A stretch of DNA of 64,000 nt from Elusimicrobiota bacterium (GCA_041658185.1 JBBAAR010000001.1:44405-108404); one strand, 5' to 3'. Counted from the first letter of the stretch, positions 23,793 through 31,882 are shown. Notes: generated by a model not told the origin, from the letters alone. Numbers and translations are program-made.

Positions 23793-24855
23793 AATTGGGA
23801 ATTTTTATCTGAAAAATATAAATCTTGAAATCAGGGAAACCGAGTATTTTGTTCTTTTGGGACCGACGGGAACCGGAAAAACTACTTTGCTAAAATGTAT
23901 TCTCGGATTGAACAAAATGACATCCGGCAAGATATTCACAGATGATAAAGAAATTACAAATTTTCTGTCTGAAGAAAGAAACATCGGTTTTTTGCCGCAA
24001 AATTATCTGCTGTTTCCAAATATGAATGTTTCCGAAAATATCGCTTTCGGATTGAAAATTAAGAAAAAATCAGACGAAACAAAAAATGAGGTCCTGAAAA
24101 TTGCAAAATTGTTGGATATAGAGTCGCTCCTTAATCGTGAAATAAAAAATCTTTCTGGTGGCGAAGCACAGCGTGTAGCACTTGCAAGAGCGTTAGTTGT
24201 AAAACCGAAAGTTTTGTTACTTGATGAGCCCTTCTCGGCAATTCACGAAGGATTGAAAAATGAATTATGGTTTGAGTTAAAAAACATATTAAAAAAATTA
24301 GGAACTCCGACAATACACATTACTCACAATCTTGACGAGGGTTATGCGGTTGCCGATAAAATGGGTATAATTATTGACGGCGAAATTATTCAGCAGGGTA
24401 CAGCAGAGCAAATTTTTACAAAACCAAAGAATGAAACAGCAGCAAAATTTCTCGGACTAAAAAATATCTTTGACGGAAAAATCATTTTGCAGAATAAACA
24501 GAATATTACTTTGGAATATAAAAGCATAAAAATAATTGTCAATAGTAACATCAAAAAACTTGAAATTGGTCAAAATATAAAATTTTGTATAAGACCCGAT
24601 GCGATAAAAGTGATAAAAGAGGATTATCCGATAAGAGAAGAACTAAAAGAAAATATGTTTGATGCAGAAATTATATCTTCCTATTTTTTTTCTGATACTT
24701 GTATGATGAAACTGCGAATTTTTTCTCATAACGAAGATGCCGTATTTTTTGCAAAGTTTCCCTCCCTTATTTATAAAAGATACGACCTCAGGGACGGATT
24801 AAAAATAAAAACAGCTTTTTGGAAAGAAGGAATAATAATTTTTGAAAATGAATAA
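23764..24855 (+). CDS. modC: molybdate/tungstate ABC transporter ATPase with C-terminal TOBE-like domain
   Basis: Walker A GPTGTGKTT, signature LSGGEAQRV, Walker B LLLDEP, then a ~120-aa C-terminal beta domain. Confidence 0.85.
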   Translation: MLKIENLNCKIGNFYLKNINLEIRETEYFVLLGPTGTGKTTLLKCILGLNKMTSGKIFTDDKEITNFLSEERNIGFLPQNYLLFPNMNVSENIAFGLKIKKKSDETKNEVLKIAKLLDIESLLNREIKNLSGGEAQRVALARALVVKPKVLLLDEPFSAIHEGLKNELWFELKNILKKLGTPTIHITHNLDEGYAVADKMGIIIDGEIIQQGTAEQIFTKPKNETAAKFLGLKNIFDGKIILQNKQNITLEYKSIKIIVNSNIKKLEIGQNIKFCIRPDAIKVIKEDYPIREELKENMFDAEIISSYFFSDTCMMKLRIFSHNEDAVFFAKFPSLIYKRYDLRDGLKIKTAFWKEGIIIFENE

Positions 24856-24862
24856 AATAATG

Positions 24863-24891
24863 TTGACAAAATAAAAAAATTATTATAAAAT
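24863..24891 (+). promoter_or_regulatory. candidate promoter TTGACA-N17-TAAAAT, ending 7 nt before the ATG at 24899 (leaderless or near-leaderless start)
   Basis: TTGACA at 24863..24868 and TAAAAT at 24886..24891. No SD between it and the ATG. Confidence 0.45.
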
Positions 24892-24898
24892 TACTTTA

Positions 24899-25744
24899 AT
24901 GAGCAATAATACCGTATATCTTCCTAAGAATCTACCTGAAGCGTTAAAAATACTTAATAACAGTAAGGAAAAGATTTTATTGCTTGCCGGCGGCACTACC
25001 ATTCTAATAAATCCAACCGAGAACGCTTCATACATAGAACTGGACGGACTGAATCTGGATTACATTAAATCAGACAAAAACAACATTTCGGTCGGAGCAA
25101 TGACAACAATCGGACAATTATCAGTTTGGCCGCAAGCCGCAAAATATTGGAACGGTTTAATCCGGAAATGTGCTATTACAATAGCATCAACGCCTAACAG
25201 AAATATGATTACGGCAGGCGGCAATATAGTTGGCTTACGACCATGGTCGGCGCTCGCGGGAGTTCTGCTTTTGCTGGACGGTAAAATAATCACGGCAAAA
25301 GGAAAAAATTATCCGGCAAAGGAATTTTTTTCCAAACTTCCGAAAACCATATTGGGAAAAGATATCGTTACTGAAATCAGAATTCCGCTGGACAGCAAAG
25401 ATTTAACCGGCGGATGGAAAAAGTTTTCTCTTACCGATACCGATTATCCTATTTTAAGCATGGGCGTACTTTATAAACTAAAAAACAAAAACACAATTGA
25501 AAACATAAAAATAGCCGTAACCGGACTGACAGTTCTTCCTCAGAGATTTATAAAAACCGAGAAACTGCTTAAAAACAAACAACTGACGGCTCATACGATA
25601 AAATTGCTGATAAAATCACTTCAAAACGAAGCGGTTATCGGCGCGGACATCCGTGTTGCATCAGAATATAAACGGGAAATATTAGGAGCAATCTTTCTTG
25701 AATTAGTCGCTCGCAAGCAAATTTCTTTGGTCGCTCCAAGATAA
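24899..25744 (+). CDS. xanthine-dehydrogenase-family FAD-binding (medium) subunit, enzyme 1
   Basis: CoxM/XdhB-like LLAGGTTILIN, GAMTTIGQL, ASTPNRNMITAGGNIV. The last 12 codons (VARKQISLVAPR) are encoded by an R-type repeat fragment. Confidence 0.85.
   Translation: MSNNTVYLPKNLPEALKILNNSKEKILLLAGGTTILINPTENASYIELDGLNLDYIKSDKNNISVGAMTTIGQLSVWPQAAKYWNGLIRKCAITIASTPNRNMITAGGNIVGLRPWSALAGVLLLLDGKIITAKGKNYPAKEFFSKLPKTILGKDIVTEIRIPLDSKDLTGGWKKFSLTDTDYPILSMGVLYKLKNKNTIENIKIAVTGLTVLPQRFIKTEKLLKNKQLTAHTIKLLIKSLQNEAVIGADIRVASEYKREILGAIFLELVARKQISLVAPR
25706..25744 (+). repeat. R-type repeat fragment forming the 3' end of the FAD-subunit CDS
   Basis: GTCGCTCGCAAGCAAATTT (25706..25724) is identical to the 5' end of element R3 (reverse complement of 11082..11100). 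Confidence 0.65.
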
Positions 25745-25758
25745 AAAAGGTTAAAAAA

Positions 25759-26229
25759 ATGAAAATTGAAACTACCGTAAACGAGCAGAAAAAAGAACTC
25801 AATGTAAAAAATTATACCGAACCTCTGCTTGATGTTTTAAGACGGCATAATTATCTCGGCGCAAAAGAAGGTTGTCGGCAGGGGCAATGCGGGGCGTGCG
25901 TCGTGCTCGTAAACGGTTTGCCTGTTAATTCCTGTATTTATCCGGCGGGGCGGACAAACGGCAAAAAAATCACAACTATAGAGGGACTCGGCAAACCGAA
26001 CAACCTGGATAAAATACAGCAGGCATATCTGGAAACAGGGGCCGTCCAGTGCGGATACTGCACGCCGGGAATGGTATTAAGCACCAAAGCGCTGCTGGAT
26101 AAAAATTCTATGCCGACGGAAGATGAAATAAAACTTGCATTAGACGGCAATCTTTGCAGATGCACGGGATATGTAAAAATTATTGATGCGGTGAAACTTG
26201 CGGCAAAAAGATACAAGAAAACTTCGTAA
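25759..26229 (+). CDS. xanthine-dehydrogenase-family [2Fe-2S] (small) subunit, enzyme 1
   Basis: CRQGQCGACVVLVNG and CGYCTPGM...CRCTGY cluster motifs. Confidence 0.9.
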   Translation: MKIETTVNEQKKELNVKNYTEPLLDVLRRHNYLGAKEGCRQGQCGACVVLVNGLPVNSCIYPAGRTNGKKITTIEGLGKPNNLDKIQQAYLETGAVQCGYCTPGMVLSTKALLDKNSMPTEDEIKLALDGNLCRCTGYVKIIDAVKLAAKRYKKTS

Positions 26230-26347
26230 CCACAGATGGACGCAGATGGACACAGATAAATTCAAAAGATAAAAATGATTTGTAGTTTTTTATCTGCGTA
26301 AATCGGCGACTGTCCCGCTTGCGGGATGTATCTGCGGTTAAAATTTT
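26230..26347 (+). repeat. family-E intercistronic element, copy E2 (long form)
   Basis: TAAccacagatggacgcagatggacacagataa...ttatctgcg...[tcccgcttgcggga]...gtatctgcggttaaaattttATG. Three tandem 10-nt words are followed by complementary words. No SD. Confidence 0.7.
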
Positions 26348-28666
26348 ATGGCAAATACTAAATTCAGTCAAGTCGGAAAAAGCAAAATAAAGGTTGACGG
26401 ACAGGCGCTTGTCACCGGCCAGCCGGTGTTCGTAGGTGATTTTATCATACCGGGCATGCTATGGGCGAAAGTTTTATGGAGTCCGCACGCCCACGCCAGA
26501 ATAAAAAAAATAGACACATCCAAAGCTGAAAAATTGCCAGGCGTAAAAGCCGTTCTCACATATAAAGACGTCCCGCGAATTCCGTTCACGACAGCAGGGC
26601 AGGGTGCGCCGGAGCCGTCGCCATATGATTCTTTCATATTAGATAATAAGGTAAGGTTCGTCGGTGATAGAGTGGCAGCGGTCGCGGCGGAAACGGAAGA
26701 AATCGCAAACGAGGCGCTGAGACAGATAAAAGTTGACTATGAGATTTTGGAGGCGATACTTGACCCGAAGAATTCCAGAAAAAAAAACGCCCCTGTAATC
26801 CACGACGAGAAAGAAGCCCACATGCCGCTGCCTCTTAAATATGACCCCAAAAAAAATATCTGCGCTCATATAGATATAAAAATCGGCGACGCGGAAAAAG
26901 CCTTGAAAGAATCTGACTATGTTATTGAGCATGAATACGATATTCATTACGCGCAGCACACTCCGATAGAGACACATATCTCAACCGCATATTTTGACGT
27001 TCACGGGAGAATGGTGATAATAACAAGCACTCAAGTCCCGTTCCACGTGCGCAGAATAGTCGCAAGATCGCTGAATATTCCGGTACAAAAAATCAGAGTG
27101 ATAAAACCGCGTATCGGCGGCGGTTTCGGAGCAAAACAGGAAGTTCTTATTGAGCCGTTAGTCGCCGCACTTGCGATGAAAACCAATCAGGCGGTATGCT
27201 TAAAATACACGAGAAGCGAGGAATTCGTATCCTCAAGATGCAGACATCCTCAGATAATAAATCTTAAAACCGGCGTAAAAAAAGACGGCACATTTTCCGC
27301 AATAGATATGAGAATACTTCAGAATAACGGAGCGTACGGTTCCCACAGTTTAACGATACTTTGCAACACGGGCAGCAAAATTCTTCCGCTATTCAAATGC
27401 AAGAATGTAATCTTCAACGGAGATGTTGTCTATACAAATCTTCCTGTTTGCGGAGCATACCGCGGCTACGGCGCTACCGAGGGATATTTCGCGATGGGAA
27501 TCCAATTGGACGAAATGGCTGATAAAATCGGCGTTGATATCGTGAACTGGTGCAAAAAAATTCACATAAAAGAAGGCGAGACATCACCCGTTTTTGCGGC
27601 GCTCGGCGAAGGAGTTGAAGGCGTTGAGCAGAATATTTCTTCCTGCGGACTTGATAAATGCATTGAATTGGGCGCGAAAGAAATCAACTGGTACCAAAAA
27701 AGAAGAAAAAAACAAACAGGCAGATACAGACGCGGAGTCGGAATGGTAATAATGATGCAGGGCTCGTCCATTCCGGAAATAGATATGGGCGCCGCATTTA
27801 TGAAAATGAATGAGGACGGCTCGTTTAATCTGCTTATAGGCGCAACGGACCTCGGAACCGGCTCAGATACTATTATGGCGCAGATTGCAGCGGAAGTTCT
27901 GGCTACTGAGACGGAAAAAATGATTGTTTATTCGTCCGATACCGACTTAACGCCTTTTGACGTCGGGGCATATGCGTCAAGCACAACATATCTTTCAGGG
28001 CAGGCGGTAATAAAAACGGCTCAAAAAGTAAAAGAACAGATACTGAAAGTCGCCGCGGAAATGCTTAAAGAACCGCTGGAAAATCTTAAAGCGGAACATT
28101 CTACGGTGATCGGGAAAAACGGAAAAGTTACCTTCTCTGAAATCGCAAATTATTCGCTTTACACAAAACATCAGCACCAGATAATGGCAGGCGAGTCGCA
28201 CATCACCCATAAATCCCCCCCGCCGTTTTCGGCTCACTTTGGCGAAGTGGAAGTAGATACTCTGACCGGCAAAGTGCGGGTTATAAAATATGTTGCGGCG
28301 GTGGATTGCGGAACTGCAATTAACCCGATTTCGGCGGAAGGTCAGACGGAGGGCGCGGTTTTAAACGGCTTGTCATATGCGCTCTGCGAAAGATACATAT
28401 TCAACGAAAAAGGCAAGATGTTAAATCCCAATTTTAATTATTACAAAATTTTTTCCACGATGGACCTGCCGGAACTTAAAACGATTTTGGTGCCGACTTA
28501 CGAACCGACCGGACCTTTCGGAGCGAAAAGCGTTTCCGAAATAGGAATTAACGGCCCGTGTCCGGTGATTGCCAATGCTATATATGACGCCGTCGGAGCG
28601 CGTCTATATAATGCCCCTTTCACGCCGGATAAAGTGCTTGCGGCAATAAAAAAAATCGCTCGCTAG
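26348..28666 (+). CDS. xanthine-dehydrogenase-family molybdopterin-binding (large) subunit, enzyme 1
   Basis: GGGFGAKQE, CGAYRGYGATEG and GAKSVSEIGING motifs; 772 aa. Confidence 0.9.
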   Translation: MANTKFSQVGKSKIKVDGQALVTGQPVFVGDFIIPGMLWAKVLWSPHAHARIKKIDTSKAEKLPGVKAVLTYKDVPRIPFTTAGQGAPEPSPYDSFILDNKVRFVGDRVAAVAAETEEIANEALRQIKVDYEILEAILDPKNSRKKNAPVIHDEKEAHMPLPLKYDPKKNICAHIDIKIGDAEKALKESDYVIEHEYDIHYAQHTPIETHISTAYFDVHGRMVIITSTQVPFHVRRIVARSLNIPVQKIRVIKPRIGGGFGAKQEVLIEPLVAALAMKTNQAVCLKYTRSEEFVSSRCRHPQIINLKTGVKKDGTFSAIDMRILQNNGAYGSHSLTILCNTGSKILPLFKCKNVIFNGDVVYTNLPVCGAYRGYGATEGYFAMGIQLDEMADKIGVDIVNWCKKIHIKEGETSPVFAALGEGVEGVEQNISSCGLDKCIELGAKEINWYQKRRKKQTGRYRRGVGMVIMMQGSSIPEIDMGAAFMKMNEDGSFNLLIGATDLGTGSDTIMAQIAAEVLATETEKMIVYSSDTDLTPFDVGAYASSTTYLSGQAVIKTAQKVKEQILKVAAEMLKEPLENLKAEHSTVIGKNGKVTFSEIANYSLYTKHQHQIMAGESHITHKSPPPFSAHFGEVEVDTLTGKVRVIKYVAAVDCGTAINPISAEGQTEGAVLNGLSYALCERYIFNEKGKMLNPNFNYYKIFSTMDLPELKTILVPTYEPTGPFGAKSVSEIGINGPCPVIANAIYDAVGARLYNAPFTPDKVLAAIKKIAR

Positions 28667-28689
28667 TAAATTTTTCCCTCGCTTGCGAT
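28655..28689 (+). repeat. R-type repeat fragment / imperfect hairpin overlapping the large-subunit stop codon
   Basis: ATCGCTCGCTAGtaaatttttccCTCGCTTGCGAT. The outer ATCGC/GCGAT arms pair. It supplies the terminal codons ...IAR*. Confidence 0.5.
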
Positions 28690-28702
28690 AAAAAATAGAA
28701 AT

Positions 28703-28948
28703 ATGAAATACACGATAGAATGTGAAGTTTTCGGGGCTTTGCAGAGAAAAAACAAAAAAAATAAATTTTCGTTGAAAATCAAGGAAGGAACTACCTACGA
28801 GCAACTCCTGACAAAATCTTTAAAATTCTCACCGGAACATTTAAGACATCTCACCGTTATTTCAAACAGCAAATCAATAGGCGACTTTTCGGAAAAAATT
28901 CCAAACAAAGCAAATATTAAAGTACTTATGGCCATCGGCGGGGGTTAA
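28703..28948 (+). CDS. MoaD/ThiS-family ubiquitin-like protein (C-terminal GGG)
   Basis: 81 aa with a beta-grasp-like pattern (YTIECEVFGALQ..., FSLKIKEGTTYEQLL). It ends ...IKVLMAIGGG*, like sulfur-carrier proteins. Confidence 0.6.
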   Translation: MKYTIECEVFGALQRKNKKNKFSLKIKEGTTYEQLLTKSLKFSPEHLRHLTVISNSKSIGDFSEKIPNKANIKVLMAIGGG

Positions 28949-28954
28949 GAAAAC

Positions 28955-29012
28955 TTAGAGAATTAGAGATTAGAGATTAGGAAAGCCCAAAACCTCAATC
29001 TCTTAATCTCTG
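28955..29012. repeat. imperfect inverted repeat built from tandem heptamers (TTAGAGA ATTAGAG ATTAGAG ATTAG ... CAATCTCTTAATCTCTG) between convergent genes
   Basis: AGAGATTAGAGATT pairs with AATCTCTTAATCTCT, giving 14 bp with one bulge. The 3' arm includes the xdhC stop and its last codons. Confidence 0.7.
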
Positions 29013-29827
29013 TCGTTACCCTGTATTCTTAAAGATTTTCCGGTGGTTTTGTTTTTCACTTTCAAAATTTCCGCGATAATGCTTAAGGCAATTCCGGCGG
29101 GAGTTTCGCTGCCGACATCAAGGCCTATTGGCGAATAAACTTTGTCTGTAATTTTTATTCTCTCTTTTTTCAGACGGTCAAAAATCGCCCCCACCTTGGT
29201 TTTGCTTCCTATCATACCGATATAATAAGCAGGAGTTTTCATCGCTGCTTTTATGCATTCATAATCATACAGATGCCCGTAAGTAATTATTACGATGGCT
29301 GTTGAGCCGGTTATTTCCGTCTCTTTGAGCGCCGAAGAAAATTTTTTACAAACTACTTTTGAGGCATTCGGGAACCGTTTCTCGTCGGCGAATTCCTGCC
29401 TGTTGTCAATAACGGCATATGAAAACCCCAAAATATCGCACATCACGGCAAGTTTTTCTCCTATATGCCCGCCGCCGCAAATTACCAGATCATTTGACGG
29501 GACCAGCGCCTCAAACATAATCTCCGCCTGACCGCCGCACAACATCCCCAGCGTAATCCCTCTTTCACTGTTCTTTTTTATCGTTAAATCGTAAGTAATC
29601 TTTACAACTTTGTTTTCACCCGATGCAAGAAGTTTCTGCGCCTCTCTCACCGCATTTTTTTCCAGACAGCCGCCGCCGATGGTCCCGAAAGTTTTACCGT
29701 CCGGCAGAATTATCACTTTTGCGCCGAGATGCTGCGGGACCGACTCGGAAGTATTCACCAGCGTCGCCAGAACAAACGGCTTATTCTCCTTCTGCAACTC
29801 CGCAATCTTTGAAAAAATATTCTTCAT
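29003..29827 (-). CDS. xdhC: XdhC/CoxI-family molybdenum-cofactor insertion chaperone
   Basis: PFVLATLVNTSESVPQHLGAKVII...GTIGGGCLE, plus a Rossmann-like C-domain LVICGGGHIGEKLA. Confidence 0.85.
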   Translation of the reverse strand: MKNIFSKIAELQKENKPFVLATLVNTSESVPQHLGAKVIILPDGKTFGTIGGGCLEKNAVREAQKLLASGENKVVKITYDLTIKKNSERGITLGMLCGGQAEIMFEALVPSNDLVICGGGHIGEKLAVMCDILGFSYAVIDNRQEFADEKRFPNASKVVCKKFSSALKETEITGSTAIVIITYGHLYDYECIKAAMKTPAYYIGMIGSKTKVGAIFDRLKKERIKITDKVYSPIGLDVGSETPAGIALSIIAEILKVKNKTTGKSLRIQGNDRD

Positions 29828-29969
29828 GCTTTATCCTGATTTTTTAAAAAACACCCCGTCACCGGTTTTGCCCGGGAATTGAAACGCCGACAGCATTACA
29901 CACCGGACGGACTTGGCGATAAATGATAAACCCGTCTGTTAAGTGCCGGTTTCAACAGTGTATTTCTAT

Positions 29970-30407
29970 TTAGAAATTCGCGTTGACGAGGACCATGAAA
30001 GGCAGAGCGCCTTTTTTAATTATATTGACAAGACCGATTTGGACACCATTCATGTATTCCGTTGAATTGATGAATCCGAGCTGCAAACCCGTCATATTAT
30101 CCGCTTGATTGTAGAAACCGTACTGAACTCCGGTGACCTCTTTCCCAATATCAACAAAACCCGCCTGAAGACCGACCATTTTCTCTTTGGTTCCGGAATA
30201 AATCCATGACAACTGTAATCCCTGAACTTCTTTGACATTATCCCCGATTAATCCGAGATTAAGTCCGTGCACTGTCTCCTGCGAGGGAATACCCACGGTC
30301 GGAACCAGTGAAACCTTGACGGGCGTCACATCGCCGGCCGCGTATGCTGCCATAAACCCAACTCCAACCATAACTGCAGTCAAAAAAACCACCGCACATT
30401 TTTTCAT
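29970..30407 (-). CDS. secreted repeat protein (LA_2272-like G-L/V-Q-x-G repeats)
   Basis: Signal peptide. Repeats VHGLNLGLIG, VQGLQLSWI, VGLQAGFV, TGVQYGFYN, TGLQLGFIN and NGVQIGLVN. The terminal residue is F. Confidence 0.55.
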   Translation of the reverse strand: MKKCAVVFLTAVMVGVGFMAAYAAGDVTPVKVSLVPTVGIPSQETVHGLNLGLIGDNVKEVQGLQLSWIYSGTKEKMVGLQAGFVDIGKEVTGVQYGFYNQADNMTGLQLGFINSTEYMNGVQIGLVNIIKKGALPFMVLVNANF

Positions 30408-30458
30408 ACTTACCCCCTTTTTTTCATTTTGAAATCCAATGCATAATTCCCTAAAAAC

Positions 30459-30487
30459 ATTATAGTTTATTCTTTATAATTTTGCAA
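30459..30487 (-). promoter_or_regulatory. sigma70-type promoter TTGCAA-N17-TATAAT
   Basis: Minus strand: TTGCAA at 30487..30482 and TATAAT at 30464..30459, about 50 nt before the ATG at 30407. Confidence 0.6.
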
Positions 30488-30600
30488 GCGAATTACTACT
30501 GGAGAAGAAAAGCGTGCATTTTCGCTGAAAAAATATTACTATTAAACTTGCGTCAAAGTTATAGAAATTAATCTTACATTACTAAACAGAACCGTCCCGA

Positions 30601-31776
30601 TTATCCTAACGAAGCCGCCGCAATTTCAAATTCAATTTCCGTTTTAGGCATACTTTTCTTACCGAATTGCAATTTAAATTTCTTATCCGCTCGGGCAACA
30701 AGAAACAGCAGAGTTCCTGTTGCTTCCGATTTGACGTCAAAATTATTTTCCATCTTATAATTCTCAAGCGGAATATTACCGCCGGACTCATTTATTAACC
30801 GGACTTCTTCGTCATAGAACATAATAACCTGCTTGTTGGAATTATTCTTGACCTCTAAGTTGAAGAGCAAGTATTCTTTCCCTTCCGGAGCATTTCTACC
30901 TTTCAACTCCATTCTTTTTTCTGCTGAAACAATCTTAAAATCAATCCCCTGGTAATTTGCTGTTTTGTTAATATCAACGATTTTGGATTTTGCCGCGGGA
31001 ATTGGTTTCTCTCCTGCCTTCACAGGTTTGAACTCGGGCAGATTGCTATCCACGGCATCATCATATTTCCACTCCCCAAATTCCTTTTGTTCTTTGAGCC
31101 ATTTTTGATACTTGGCAGGGTCGTAATTTTCTTTTCTTCCAGTCTTCTCTTCTATAATCTTTGCAAATTTCTGATACTCCTGAGCGGCATTCCTTTCCAG
31201 CATATCGCCATAGAGGAACTTCGCTTTGCTCTGTTCAAGCGTTTCCTTAAGTTTATACGCCTCTTTAAATCTCTGGTCAATGGCACTTGGCCCTAAAATA
31301 TCTTCCTGGGTAACCGCCACCTGCTGTTTAAAACCTATGGCAACACATTTTTTAGTTTTCTTATGCACGACTTCCATTGGAGAGGATTCAGAAGCAACAA
31401 CTACCGCACCATCTTTACCGACATCTATCCAGAACACAGCCATACCTTGTGGAAATCGCAATTCGGCGGTCGGAGTTATTACTTCCTTTTCTGTAGCGAT
31501 ATTAAAGAGTCCATTTACTAATTCCACTTTTTTTATCAAGCCCTTAATCCATAAAATAATCTCGCTTTTCGGAAAGATAGTAACCATTGTTCCGGTTTGA
31601 GTGTGCCCCGGTTTATCACTCAAATCAACCACATATGATGCAGCGCCGGTGATTATTTTGTCTCCGTCTTGCAATGTTACGGATTTCTTGAATGGTATCG
31701 CCTCAGCCGCTCTTTTTTTACCGTCTCTTACTAAAGAGACACCGCCGATTGTATAGGAAATTTTTACATCTGACAT
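30601..31776 (-). CDS. hypothetical protein (FecR-like N-terminal domain, DUF4352-like C-terminal beta-sandwich)
   Basis: N-terminus GGVSLVRDGKKRAAEAIPFKKSVTLQDGDKIITGAASYVVDL. C-terminus GKEYLLFNLEVKNNSNKQVIMFYDEEVRLINESG. No signal peptide. Confidence 0.45.
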   Translation of the reverse strand: MSDVKISYTIGGVSLVRDGKKRAAEAIPFKKSVTLQDGDKIITGAASYVVDLSDKPGHTQTGTMVTIFPKSEIILWIKGLIKKVELVNGLFNIATEKEVITPTAELRFPQGMAVFWIDVGKDGAVVVASESSPMEVVHKKTKKCVAIGFKQQVAVTQEDILGPSAIDQRFKEAYKLKETLEQSKAKFLYGDMLERNAAQEYQKFAKIIEEKTGRKENYDPAKYQKWLKEQKEFGEWKYDDAVDSNLPEFKPVKAGEKPIPAAKSKIVDINKTANYQGIDFKIVSAEKRMELKGRNAPEGKEYLLFNLEVKNNSNKQVIMFYDEEVRLINESGGNIPLENYKMENNFDVKSEATGTLLFLVARADKKFKLQFGKKSMPKTEIEFEIAAASLG

Positions 31777-31882
31777 TTTATACCACCTTAAAGGCTGGGA
31801 ACATATTGAACGGAGTTGAAATGGTTGAATTAATGAATTGAGGATTTACAGCCGGACGGGGCATATTCAACCGCCACAACAG

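Noticed and set aside
29828-29969. Possible Moco riboswitch or other structured leader upstream of xdhC. Long-range TTGAAAC/GTTTCAA and GACGG/CCGTC pairings are present.
   Set aside because: There is no resemblance to the Moco-motif conserved segments as I remember them. The pairings are short and could be chance, so this needs an Rfam scan. The same holds for the mod operon leader at 20293..20459.
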